64,000 nucleotides of DNA. Source: an uncultured delta proteobacterium. Lineage in GTDB: Bacteria > Myxococcota_A > Polyangia > Fen-1088. Position 1 is the stretch's first letter. The number at the start of each line of letters is the position of its first letter. The stretch lies in NCBI GenBank assembly GCA_963767925.1, contig CAVYGB010000002.1, forward strand, positions 160,001 to 224,000. The letters are read 5' to 3'. This document shows, one piece after another, positions 1-9,646 of this stretch. Both the position numbers and the translations under genes were made by a program. The notes below the pieces were generated by a model. That model saw only the letters and a program-made list of their open reading frames with translations. It did not search any database and was not told where the DNA came from.

Positions 1-1
1 G

Positions 2-2092
2 AGCGGGTTCCAGTCGGCGATCGAGCGGGGCGGCGTCCGCTTCGAGGTCGACTGCCCCCCGCTGGCCGAGCCGGTCTTCGTCGACCGGGAGATGTGGGAA
101 AAGATCGTCCTCAACCTCCTGTCGAACGCCTTCAAGTTCACCCTGAAGGGCCACATCGCCCTCACCCTGCGGGCCGGTCAGGGCCAGGTCGAGCTGGCGG
201 TCGCCGACACCGGCGCGGGCATCCCCGAACACGAGCTGCCCCGGGTGTTCGAGCGCTTCCACCGCATCGAGGGGGCCCAGGCCCGCACCCACGAGGGGTC
301 GGGGATCGGGCTGGCCCTGGTGCACGAGCTGGTCGAGCTGCACGGCGGCCGCATCTCGGTGCAGAGCCGGCTGCACGAGGGGAGCACCTTCACCGTGACG
401 GTCCCGCTGGGGCGCGATCACCTCCCCGCCGAGCGGGTGACAGGCGCCGCCAGCGGCAGCCCCGAGCCGGGCGCGGCCCGGGCCGCCTCCTTCCTGGCCG
501 AGGCCTTCCGCTGGCCGCCCGAGGTGGTGCCCGAAGCGCTGCCCGCCCCGGACCCGGGCCACGAGCGGGCGGCCCGCCTGCTGGTCGCCGACGACAACCC
601 CGACATGCGCGACTACCTGGCCCGCCTGCTGCGCCCGCGCTGGCAGGTCGACATGGCCTGCGACGGCGCCGAGGCGCTGGCCCTGGCCCGGCAGCGGCGG
701 CCCGACCTCATCCTCACCGACGTCATGATGCCGAACCTCGACGGCTTCGGGCTGCTGCGGGCGGTGCGGGCCGACCCGGACATCCGGCACACCGCCATCA
801 TCATGCTCTCGGCCCGGGCGGGCGAGGAGTCCCGGGTCGAGGGCCTCGACGCCGGCGCCGACGACTACCTGATCAAGCCCTTCTCTGCCCAGGAGCTGCT
901 GGCCCGGGTGCGCGTCCACCTCGAGCAGGTGCTCACCCGCCAGACCATCGAGCAGCAGGCAACCCAGCTCGCCGAGGCGACCCGGGCCAAGGACGAGTTC
1001 CTGGCCATGCTGGGGCACGAGCTGCGCAACCCCCTCTCCCCCATCTTGACCGCCCTGCAGCTCATGCGCCTGCGGGGCAGCGAGACGCGCGAGCAGGCCG
1101 TGATCGAGCGCCAGGTGGGGCACCTCGTGCGGCTGGTCGACGACCTGCTCGACGTCTCTCGCATCACCCGGGGCAAGATCGAGCTGCGCCGCGAGCGGAT
1201 GGAGCTGATGGCGGCGGTGACGAGCGGGCTGGAGACGGCCCGCCCCTTGCTGGAGCAGCGGCGGCAGCGGCTGGAGCTGGACGTCGCGCCCGAGGGGCTG
1301 GCCATCGAGGGGGATCCCAGCCGCCTGGCCCAGGTGATCTCCAACCTGCTCACCAACGCCTGCAAATACAGCGATCCCGGGTCGACGGTGTACCTGTCGG
1401 CGGCCCGGGAGGGCGACCGCATCGCGCTCACCGTGCGCGACGAGGGCGTGGGCATGCCCCCCGAGACGCTCGACCGGGTGTTCGACCTGTTTTATCAGCA
1501 GCCGCAGTCGCTCGACCGATCCAAGGGTGGGCTGGGGCTGGGGCTGGCCATCGTGCGCAGCCTGGTCGAGCTGCACGGCGGTCGGGTCACCGCCCGCAGC
1601 GACGGTCCCGGGCGGGGCGCGGTGTTCACCGTCGAGCTGCCCGCCGCCGCCCCCTCGACGGAGGTGCGCAACCCGCCCGCCACCGGGCTGCTGTCCCCCC
1701 GGGAGGACACCTTCGCCGTGCCGGAGCACGCCCGGCGCGTCCTCATCGTCGACGACAACGCCGACGCCGCCGAGGCCCTGTCCGAGCTGCTGACCGACGT
1801 CGGCTACGAGGTGCGCTCGGCCAACGACGCCTTCACCGCCCTGAAGATCGCCGCCAGCTTCGAGCCCAACTACTGCCTCCTCGACATCGGCCTGCCGGTC
1901 ATGGACGGCTACGAGCTGGCCACCCGCCTGCGCCAGTCAGGCCCCGCCCTGGCCGCCGCCCGCATCGTCGCCGTCACCGGCTACGGCCAGGACGCCGACA
2001 GGCAGCGCGCCCTGCAAGCCGGCTTCGACGCCCACGTCGTCAAACCGGTCAGCCTCCCCGCCCTCATCCGCGCCATGTCCAGCGCCTCATAG
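2..2092 (+). CDS. Hybrid sensor histidine kinase/response regulator (HATPase-REC-HisKA-HATPase-REC), 5' end outside the window
   Basis: Frame is open from base 2. Motifs NLLSNAFKFT, GSGIGL, REC (VADDNPD..TDVMMP), H-box LGHELRNPL, GGLGLGL and a second REC (IVDDNAD..LDIGLP). Confidence 0.93.
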   Translation, partial: SGFQSAIERGGVRFEVDCPPLAEPVFVDREMWEKIVLNLLSNAFKFTLKGHIALTLRAGQGQVELAVADTGAGIPEHELPRVFERFHRIEGAQARTHEGSGIGLALVHELVELHGGRISVQSRLHEGSTFTVTVPLGRDHLPAERVTGAASGSPEPGAARAASFLAEAFRWPPEVVPEALPAPDPGHERAARLLVADDNPDMRDYLARLLRPRWQVDMACDGAEALALARQRRPDLILTDVMMPNLDGFGLLRAVRADPDIRHTAIIMLSARAGEESRVEGLDAGADDYLIKPFSAQELLARVRVHLEQVLTRQTIEQQATQLAEATRAKDEFLAMLGHELRNPLSPILTALQLMRLRGSETREQAVIERQVGHLVRLVDDLLDVSRITRGKIELRRERMELMAAVTSGLETARPLLEQRRQRLELDVAPEGLAIEGDPSRLAQVISNLLTNACKYSDPGSTVYLSAAREGDRIALTVRDEGVGMPPETLDRVFDLFYQQPQSLDRSKGGLGLGLAIVRSLVELHGGRVTARSDGPGRGAVFTVELPAAAPSTEVRNPPATGLLSPREDTFAVPEHARRVLIVDDNADAAEALSELLTDVGYEVRSANDAFTALKIAASFEPNYCLLDIGLPVMDGYELATRLRQSGPALAAARIVAVTGYGQDADRQRALQAGFDAHVVKPVSLPALIRAMSSAS

Positions 2093-2124
2093 AGCACCGA
2101 GCGGTGTGAACCGCGGGCCCGCCA

Positions 2125-2290
2125 GACCCCTCACCCCTCCCCCGCCGCCGCGGGGCGAGGGCGAACAGGCAACAGGGAGCGGAATCTCGAGGAGCTGACC
2201 ACGCGGCCCGCCTGGAAGCTGATCGAGGCAACTCCCCCGGTTGTTCGCCCTCGCCCCGCGGCAGCGGGGAGAGGGCGGGGGTGAGGGGTC
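2125..2290. repeat. Inverted pair of REP-like palindromic units between convergent genes
   Basis: gacccctcacccc..gcggggcgagggcgaac (2125-2166) and its near reverse complement (2243-2290). The same motif recurs at several places in the window. Confidence 0.8.
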
Positions 2291-2299
2291 CGGCGGGCG

Positions 2300-3658
2300 C
2301 TAGAACCCCTGCATGCGGGTGTAGACGTGCGTGGCGAGCACGAACACCACATCGATCGCCGCGACCGCCATCAGGTCGGCAAACCGAAAGCGCACCTGCA
2401 ACCGCGGATCGTGCCGGGTGGTCGCCGAATACAGCGCCCCCACCAGCCCGAGCAGCACCCACAACACGTAGTGATCGGTGAGCGACAGAAAAAGCGCCGA
2501 GGTGGTGAACCCCGCCAGGCAAGCCAGCAGGGCGGTGGCCCAGATCTGCGCCACCTTGGCCTCGGGCGCGCGCTCCGAGCGCAAGATGGTGAGGGTCATC
2601 TTGAAGGCGAGGTAGATCATCGCCGTCCAGAACAGCAGCCCCGGCACCCCGGTCTCACCGAGGGCCAGCATGATCGAGCTGTGGGCGGTCAGCGGCTGGT
2701 GCTCGGCGAACTGGGACATGCCCACCCCCACCAGGGGGTTGTCGCGCGCCATCTGGATGGCCGCCGCCCAGAGCTCGAGCCGCAGGTCGCTCGACTCGTC
2801 GGCCTCGGCGCCGCTGCGGCCGCCCAGCAGCAGGATCGGGATCCCGGCCAGCAAGCCCAGCAGCAGCCCGCCCCGCCCCATCCGGCGCAGCAGGTACACT
2901 CCCAGCACGGCCACGAAGGCGAGCTGCCCGCTGCGCGACTTGGTGAAGATGTCGGTCGCCGCCACAACCAGCAGGGTGAGGGCGGCCAGCAGCAGGCGGG
3001 GCGCCGTCTGTCGCAGCTCGAACAGGGCGAAGGCGAAGGCCACCGTCATGCTGCCCACCAGGGCCAGCTCGTTGGGGTCCTGCATGATGCCCCGGTAGCG
3101 CACGCGTTTGTCGATCGAGGTGGTGCCCAGAAGACCCACGTGCTCGCACAGCAGGTCGTCCCGGTCGTGTTCGGCACGACACTGCTCGCTGGTCTCGCAG
3201 GCGGCGCCGATCGGGACCATCGCCTCCGAGATCTCCTCGTGAGGGTGCACGCAGCCGAGCGGGGCGAAGGCCTGGTGCAGCCCGATGAACACGATGAACA
3301 GCGACACGACAAGCATGCCCAGGCCCACCGAGGCCAGGCCCCGGAACGACTGCACCCCCTGCGAGAGCACGAGGAAAATCAGCAGCGACACCGTGAGGAC
3401 GATGCCCTCGGGCTGCAGAGCGTGGCGGGCCTGCACCGCCATGCTGACGATGTTCCAGGCCAGGTGGGCCGCTATCCAGGGCAGGAGCGGGTTGCGACGA
3501 GCCCGGGCGTAGCCGAGCCGAAAATCCAGAGCAACCCCCACCAGCGCGAGGAGCACGAGGATGTAGAGGAGAGGGACGCGCGAGAGCGGAAGAAAGATCT
3601 CCTGCGGGCGGATGTAGACAAAAAACAGGAGCGCCAGGATGGCCGGTGTGGCGAACAT
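2300..3658 (-). CDS. O-antigen ligase/Wzy-like polysaccharide polymerase
   Basis: Many hydrophobic helices. Motifs DPNELA, TKSRSG, R..LW, NPLVGVG, TAHS...GETG. Confidence 0.85.
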   Translation of the reverse strand: MFATPAILALLFFVYIRPQEIFLPLSRVPLLYILVLLALVGVALDFRLGYARARRNPLLPWIAAHLAWNIVSMAVQARHALQPEGIVLTVSLLIFLVLSQGVQSFRGLASVGLGMLVVSLFIVFIGLHQAFAPLGCVHPHEEISEAMVPIGAACETSEQCRAEHDRDDLLCEHVGLLGTTSIDKRVRYRGIMQDPNELALVGSMTVAFAFALFELRQTAPRLLLAALTLLVVAATDIFTKSRSGQLAFVAVLGVYLLRRMGRGGLLLGLLAGIPILLLGGRSGAEADESSDLRLELWAAAIQMARDNPLVGVGMSQFAEHQPLTAHSSIMLALGETGVPGLLFWTAMIYLAFKMTLTILRSERAPEAKVAQIWATALLACLAGFTTSALFLSLTDHYVLWVLLGLVGALYSATTRHDPRLQVRFRFADLMAVAAIDVVFVLATHVYTRMQGF

Positions 3659-3685
3659 TTCAAAAGAAACGTATCGTAGAGGCTG

Positions 3686-4330
3686 ATGCCTATCCGAGCG
3701 CCCTTCTCCGCGCAGGTGTTGCTGTCTCTGCAGCTCGCACTCGGCGTTGCTGGTGGCGTTGCCGCCTCGATCTCTGGCTGTGCAACGCCAAGCCTGATTT
3801 ACGACTATAGCAGGGAACCCGATCCACGCGCCCAGGAGTTTCCCGTGGGTCCCGGGGATCGCCTGCGGGTCAGCGTGTGGCGCGACGAGGAGCTGACCAC
3901 CGAGGTGCGCGTGCGCCCCGACGGCGCCTTCACCGTGCCCCTGGTGGGCGACATCCGCGCCGCCGGCCGGACCGCCTCCCAGATCCGCGACGAGATCCAG
4001 TCCAAGCTGACCGCCTTCATGAAGAGCGAGACGGCCAAGGTGACGGTCATCGTCGCCGAGGTGGCCAGCTACTACTTCACCGTCAGCGGCAACGTGGAGA
4101 AGCCTGGCATCTACCGTCCGGCCAGCTACGTGACGGTGCTGGAGGCGCTGGCCATCGCCGGCGAGCCCAACCGCTACGCCGACCTCGATGACCTGAAGAT
4201 CCTGCGGCGCGACCCCATGGGGGGTGGCCTGCTCAAGCGCATCCCCATCAACTACAACCTCCTGCGCCGGGGCGAGCGGATGGACCAGAACGTGGTCATC
4301 CTCGCGGGCGACAACATCATCGTCCCCTGA
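3686..4330 (+). CDS. Polysaccharide export lipoprotein (Wza/OPX, SLBB domain)
   Basis: Lipobox ISGC; GPGDRLRVSVW, VRPDG.FTVPLVGDI.AAG, GNVEKPGIY, GD.IIVP. Confidence 0.9.
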   Translation: MPIRAPFSAQVLLSLQLALGVAGGVAASISGCATPSLIYDYSREPDPRAQEFPVGPGDRLRVSVWRDEELTTEVRVRPDGAFTVPLVGDIRAAGRTASQIRDEIQSKLTAFMKSETAKVTVIVAEVASYYFTVSGNVEKPGIYRPASYVTVLEALAIAGEPNRYADLDDLKILRRDPMGGGLLKRIPINYNLLRRGERMDQNVVILAGDNIIVP

Positions 4331-4338
4331 GGACGGCG

Positions 4339-5529
4339 GTGGCGGAGCGCGGGGCGGCGGCGGACAGCAACGGGGGCGGGGCGGTCACCCCCGCGATCCC
4401 CCCGCCGGTGGCGACCGGCGGGCGGCCGGCGGCGGCGCCGATCCCGGTCATGCACGTGCTCAACACCTTGCAGACCGGGGGGGCGGAGTACCTGGTGCTC
4501 AACCTGGCCCGGGCCCTCGATCGGCGGCGCTTCCCGATGTCCGTGTGCAGCCTGCAGGGGGACGGCGAGATCGGGACCGAGCTGCGCGCCCTGGGGGTGC
4601 CGACCTTCGTGCTCGAGCGGCGCGAGGGGGTCGATCCCTTCCTGGTCCCCTCGCTGGTGGGGCTGATCCGGCGGCACGGGGTGCGCATCGTGCACACCCA
4701 CAACGTGGCCCCCTGGCTGTACGCCGGCATCGCCGCCCGCCTGACCGGCGCGGCGGTCTGCCACACCGAACACTCCAGCCTGTTTCCCGAGCAGCGCGCG
4801 CTCAAGAAGGCCGAGTGGGTGCTGGGCCACCTCAGCAAGGCGGTGATCTGTGACGGCGAGGACGTGCGCCGGCAGCTCGTCCAGGAGCAGGGGCTGTCTC
4901 CGCGCAACGTCGTCACGGTGTACAACGGCGTGGACACGCCGCTGTACGCCCGTCCCGTCGATCGGGCGGCCGGCCGCCGGGCGCTGGGGATCGAGGGCGA
5001 CGCGCCGGTGGTGGGCACGGTGGCCCGGCTCGAGCCGGTCAAGGATCAGGCGACGCTGCTGCAGGCCTTCGCCCAGGTGGCGGCCCGCCTGCCCCCCGCC
5101 CGCCTGGTGATCGTGGGCGACGGCTCGCAGCGGGGGCTGCTCGAGCAGCAGGCCCAGGCGCCGGCCCTGGCCGGGCGGGTGCACTTCCTCGGCCGCCGGG
5201 CCGACGTGGCCAGCGTGTTGCCCCTGCTCGACGTCTTCGTGCTCTCCTCGCTGAGCGAGGGCCTGCCCCTGACCATCCTCGAGGCGATGGCCGCCGCCCT
5301 GCCCTGCGTCTCCACCGCGGTAGGCGCCGTCCCCGAGGCGATCCTCGAGGGCCAGACCGGCCGCCTGGTGCCGGTGAAAGACCCCACCCGCCTGGCCGCC
5401 GCCATCGGCGACCTCCTCGCCGACCTCCCCCTGTCCCGCCGCCTGGGCCAGGCCGGCCAGCAGCGCGCCCGCGCCCTCTTCGACCTGGCGGCGATGACCC
5501 GCCGCTACGAAGACCTGTACGCCGCCTGA
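4339..5529 (+). CDS. GT4 family glycosyltransferase
   Basis: GGAE motif, VYNGVD, VARLEPVKD, SLSEGLPLTILEAMA. Confidence 0.92.
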   Translation: MAERGAAADSNGGGAVTPAIPPPVATGGRPAAAPIPVMHVLNTLQTGGAEYLVLNLARALDRRRFPMSVCSLQGDGEIGTELRALGVPTFVLERREGVDPFLVPSLVGLIRRHGVRIVHTHNVAPWLYAGIAARLTGAAVCHTEHSSLFPEQRALKKAEWVLGHLSKAVICDGEDVRRQLVQEQGLSPRNVVTVYNGVDTPLYARPVDRAAGRRALGIEGDAPVVGTVARLEPVKDQATLLQAFAQVAARLPPARLVIVGDGSQRGLLEQQAQAPALAGRVHFLGRRADVASVLPLLDVFVLSSLSEGLPLTILEAMAAALPCVSTAVGAVPEAILEGQTGRLVPVKDPTRLAAAIGDLLADLPLSRRLGQAGQQRARALFDLAAMTRRYEDLYAA

Positions 5530-5552
5530 GCGCCCTTGCGCCCGGGGTGGTG

Positions 5553-7019
5553 TCAGGCGGCGCGGATGCTGCCGCTGCCGGCGGCGGGGGTCTGGTTGAT
5601 CTCGGTAAGGACGCGGCCGGGGAGAGTCCGCGGCACCGGGACGTCGAGCAGGCCCAGCATGGTGGGCAGCAGATCGAGGGGGGAGATGCTGGAGAGCTCC
5701 TGGCCCTGGCGGATGCCGGGGCCGTGGAAGATCACCATGCCCTTCGGATCGTGCATCCCCTCCTTGGGGGTGGGGGCGTCGGAGGCGAACAGCTCGTCGA
5801 GGCCGTAGCCCTCCGGCCTGGCGGCGGCGGCGCCGGGGAAGGTGTAGCGGGCGGAGGCGCCCTGGGGGCCGAGCGCCCGCGGGGTGAGGGTGAGGATGTC
5901 GCCCGTCTCCTCGACGTGGATGGCGTCCGGGTAGATGCCGCCCTGGCAGCGGGCCGCCCGCAGCAGATCGCGCACACGCGTCCGCTCCGCCCCCTCGGGG
6001 ATGGTGACGTTGTACTGGGGCAACATGGTGGGCACCACCTCGGTCACCCCCTTGGCCCCCAGGATCGCCAGGATCTGGCGGAGGTCCTTGAAGCGGATGG
6101 CGATCTTGCCCTCGGGGTAAAGATCGCTCGCGTAAGGCTGCTGCCCCATGCTCGAGGCCAGCACGATCACCGTGTCCTGGTCGACCAGGCGCATGAAGCG
6201 CCCGAGCAGCTCGTCGCACAGGTCGTAGCCGTACTCCACCGCCTCGCCGTATTTGACCTTCTCCTCGGGGGTGGAGGGCACGCTGAACTTCGAGTCGTCC
6301 ATGGCCCGCCAGTAGTGGTGCATGTAATGGGCGGCGTGGTTGGTGTGCCAGGTGGCGAAGTCCGGTCGATAACGGCGGTAGACAGTGGCGAACACGTCGT
6401 AGTTGATCAGGGGCTGCAGGGCGACCCGCTTCCAGCGCAGGTGGGGGCGGACCCGCTCGATCGCGAGCTGCTGGACGATCCGCCCCGCGGAGGCCGCGCT
6501 GAGCCCCAGGCGGAACACGTCGAACGCCTCCTTGGCCATGGCGCCCGCCCCGCTTTCCTGCATGATGTGGTTGTGCACCTGGGTGTAGCGGCGATTGAGC
6601 TCCTGCACGGGGCGCAGGTAGTCGGGGTAGGTCTCCGAGCCCGGGGCGAAGGGGCCCGGCACCATGAAGCCGGGCACCGGCCGCGGCGGATAGGCGCTGA
6701 TGCTGCCGAACACGCCGACCGACTTGCCCGCCTCGATCACGTAGTCCCAGCTCCGCCTGGCCTTGATGGTGCTGGCCTCCTGCTCGAGCACGGTGGCCCC
6801 ATGTACGCTCCTGTCGACGCCGGTGTGCACGGTGACCCAGGTGATCCAGGGATCGAGGTGGGGCGGCCGCTCGAGCGCGACCGGCGAGCCCCAGGTCCCC
6901 TCCCGGCGCAGGCGCGCGAGGTTCTGCAGGCGTCCGCGCGCGATCATCGGATCGATGATCGACCAGGTGATCTCGTTGAACTCCAGCAGCAGTACCTTGC
7001 GCCCGCGTTTTGACATCAT
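5553..7019 (-). CDS. Alkaline phosphatase superfamily (phosphodiesterase/sulfatase-like) protein, probable polysaccharide modifier
   Basis: Likely start MMSKRGRKVLLLEFNE; PWITWVTVHTG, D.LLGRF, GMHDPKG, SPLDLLPT. The longer ORF call overlaps the next gene. Confidence 0.7.
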   Translation of the reverse strand: MMSKRGRKVLLLEFNEITWSIIDPMIARGRLQNLARLRREGTWGSPVALERPPHLDPWITWVTVHTGVDRSVHGATVLEQEASTIKARRSWDYVIEAGKSVGVFGSISAYPPRPVPGFMVPGPFAPGSETYPDYLRPVQELNRRYTQVHNHIMQESGAGAMAKEAFDVFRLGLSAASAGRIVQQLAIERVRPHLRWKRVALQPLINYDVFATVYRRYRPDFATWHTNHAAHYMHHYWRAMDDSKFSVPSTPEEKVKYGEAVEYGYDLCDELLGRFMRLVDQDTVIVLASSMGQQPYASDLYPEGKIAIRFKDLRQILAILGAKGVTEVVPTMLPQYNVTIPEGAERTRVRDLLRAARCQGGIYPDAIHVEETGDILTLTPRALGPQGASARYTFPGAAAARPEGYGLDELFASDAPTPKEGMHDPKGMVIFHGPGIRQGQELSSISPLDLLPTMLGLLDVPVPRTLPGRVLTEINQTPAAGSGSIRAA

Positions 7020-7052
7020 GGAAACTCTATCCGATATCGGGAGCTGCGCGGA

Positions 7053-8357
7053 ATGACTGGACCTGGGCTGGCCAACGGATCGGGTGGAACTTCTCTCCTT
7101 CGGGACGGCGCCGATAGGGCCGGTCCGCAAGCCCCCACGGCGACGAGCGTCAAGGGGGCGGGCGATCCGCAAAAGCCGCAGCGGCTTCGCGTGCTTGCCC
7201 TCACCAAGATCTTCCCCAACCCGCGCCAGCCCCTCGGCGCCGCCTTCAACCGGCAGCAGTTCGCCGCCCTGGCGCGACGGGCCGACCTGCAGGTGGTGGT
7301 GCCGGTGCAGTGGTTCCCCGGAGCCGCGCGCTTCGGCGATCGCACCGAGGCCGGCAAGCTGGCCCGCGTCCCCGCCTACGACTGGGTCGACGGGATGTTC
7401 GTGCGCTACCCGCGCGTGTTCCACGTCCCGCGCGTCGACTACCCGGCGGCGGCGGGCCTGTACCTGGCGTCCCTCTTCCCGCTCGTGCGGCGCCTGTGCC
7501 GGGACGTCGACGTCGTGCTCGGCTCGTTCATCTACCCCGACGGGATAGCCGCCGCCTGGATGGCCCGCCTGCTCGGCCTCCCCTCGGTGGTCTACGCCCT
7601 CGGCTCGGACGTCAACGTGGTGCCAGACATCGCCGGCGTGCCCGCCCAGCTCCGCTGGACCCTGCCCCGGGTGAACCGGGTGGTGGCAGTCAGCCGCGAT
7701 CTGGCCGCCCGCACCGTCGCCCTCGGCGCGCCCGCCGACAAGGTCGTCGTGATCCCCAACGGCGTCGATCGGACGATCTTCTTTCCCCAGGACCGGGCCA
7801 CCGCCCGGCGCGAGCTGGGACTGCCCGAGGACGGCCGCCTCGTGCTGTTCGTCGGCCGCCTCGAGCCGATCAAAGGAATCGACGAGCTGCTGCCCGCCTT
7901 CACCAAGCTGGCCGCCGCCGACCCGACCGTGCGCCTGGCCCTGATCGGCGACGGCGCCCTGCGCGCGCGCTGCGATCGCGCCGCCGCCGATCTACCCGGT
8001 CGGATCCTCGTGCCGGGTGGCCGGCCCCTCCCGGAGGTCGCCCGCTGGCTGGCCGCCGCCGACCTCCTGGTCCTGCCGAGCTGGAACGAGGGCACCCCCA
8101 ACGTGATCCTCGAAGCCCTCGCCGCCGGTCGCCCGGTCGTCGCCTCCCGGACCGGCGGCATCCCCGATCTGATCACCGCCCCCGAGCTGGGCACCCTCTC
8201 CCCCCCGCGCGACGCCACCGCCCTCGCCGTCGCCCTCCGCGAAGTCCTCGACCGCCCCTCCGACCCCACCACCATCTCCGCCCGCGGCACCGTGAGCTGG
8301 CAAGAGAGCGCCGACCAGCTCCTGGAAGTCCTCCACTCCGCCACCCGCGACCGCTAG
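7053..8357 (+). CDS. GT4 family glycosyltransferase (TuaC-like)
   Basis: YPDG, GSDVN, IPNGVD, VGRLEPIKG, SWNEGTPNVILEALA. Confidence 0.9.
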   Translation: MTGPGLANGSGGTSLLRDGADRAGPQAPTATSVKGAGDPQKPQRLRVLALTKIFPNPRQPLGAAFNRQQFAALARRADLQVVVPVQWFPGAARFGDRTEAGKLARVPAYDWVDGMFVRYPRVFHVPRVDYPAAAGLYLASLFPLVRRLCRDVDVVLGSFIYPDGIAAAWMARLLGLPSVVYALGSDVNVVPDIAGVPAQLRWTLPRVNRVVAVSRDLAARTVALGAPADKVVVIPNGVDRTIFFPQDRATARRELGLPEDGRLVLFVGRLEPIKGIDELLPAFTKLAAADPTVRLALIGDGALRARCDRAAADLPGRILVPGGRPLPEVARWLAAADLLVLPSWNEGTPNVILEALAAGRPVVASRTGGIPDLITAPELGTLSPPRDATALAVALREVLDRPSDPTTISARGTVSWQESADQLLEVLHSATRDR

Positions 8358-8456
8358 CGAACGGGCCGTCACCCCGTCACCCCTGGCAACGGGGGCGACG
8401 TATCAGGAGCGGCCACCACCCCGGCGTCACCCGCCGACACCTCCGCCCGTCTTGGG

Positions 8457-9085
8457 GTGTCGGCCCGCCCTGGGCGTAGTGTGCTCAGGGAGGCTGAGCG
8501 CGTCGCCGACCTGGCCCGCACCCAGCTCGGGCTCGGTCCCACTCTCCCGGCGGTGCAGTTGCGCGCGCTCATGGAGGAGCGCCTGGCCATCAAGACCTTC
8601 GTCCTCGCCGCGGAGTCGCCGCTCTCTGGAGCGTGCATCTTCCACGAGGAGGTCGGCGGCTGCGTGCTCGTCATCGCGAAGACGATGCCCCATATGCTCT
8701 ACACGCTCGCGCACGAGCTCGGTCACCTGCTCGCCCATCGCGATACGCCGACCGTGGACGAGGACCTGTTCGGCCTGAAGACACCAAAGGAGCACGCGAG
8801 CAGCTCGGCTCGGCTCGGCCGAGCGGGAGGACCGGCCGGGTCTCCCGCGTGGAGGACAAGCCGCGCTACTGGTACCCGTTGCCCGAGCGCTACGTCTTCC
8901 TCGCTCTGGGTGCGTACTACCGCGAGGAGATCAGCATCGGGCGGCTCGCGGAGCTGCTCTGCAAGGAGGACGGGGAGGCGCGTTCCCTCGAGGAGACGGA
9001 GGAGTTTCTCTCGGCCTACGAGGGACAGGCCCAGAGCAGCGACGATCCATCGGCAGATGCCGGCCAGGAGGACGACGCCTTCTAG
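8457..9085 (+). pseudogene. ImmA/IrrE-family metallopeptidase remnant
   Basis: TLAHELGHLL (HExxH) in one frame; C-terminal LALGAYYREEISIGRLAELL in another frame after ~8795. No N-terminal HTH visible. Confidence 0.7.
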
Positions 9086-9613
9086 ATGTCGCGGTTCGTG
9101 CTCGATGCGATGGTCTGGCTCAACTTCGCTCGCGCGGAGTCGGTCGACCTCCTCGGCCGCGGGCTCTCGGGTCGGCTGATCGTCGGCATGATCGTCCGGC
9201 AGCGCGAGGTCAAGACCTGGCCCCGCGACACCACCCGCGCGGGCCAACCCTTCTCTTTCGACAAGCTCATCGCGCAGCGCCGGGTCGAGTGCGTGGAGAT
9301 GACCTCGGAGGAGCTGGGCCGCTTCCACCAGGTGAAGTCGGAGCGCGGCGTGCAGCGGCTCGGTGCCGGTGAAACCGAAGCGTTCATCCTGGCGACCAGC
9401 CGGGGGTGGACCCTGTCGTGCCGATGCGCCACTTCCTCGGCGAAGCGACGCCTCGAGATCCTGTCCTGGATCTTTGCGAGCACCGGGGCCGACGGGAAAA
9501 CTGGCACGCCAGGAAGCTTACCACCGCGGCCATCTCGCCTGCTGTCCCGCAGGCGAGTCACATCCCCTGTGCCGTCAAGGAGGGCGGGAGCAATGGGGCA
9601 TGTGCTGCGCTGA
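9086..9613 (+). pseudogene. PIN-domain (DUF3368-like) protein, similarity lost after ~9415
   Basis: MSRFVLDAMVWLNFA and LGAGETEAFILA; the expected following acidic (TDD-type) motif is absent. Starts directly after the ImmA stop. Confidence 0.6.
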
Positions 9614-9646
9614 GCTATCGCCCGCGAACACCCTGCCCGACGTCAG

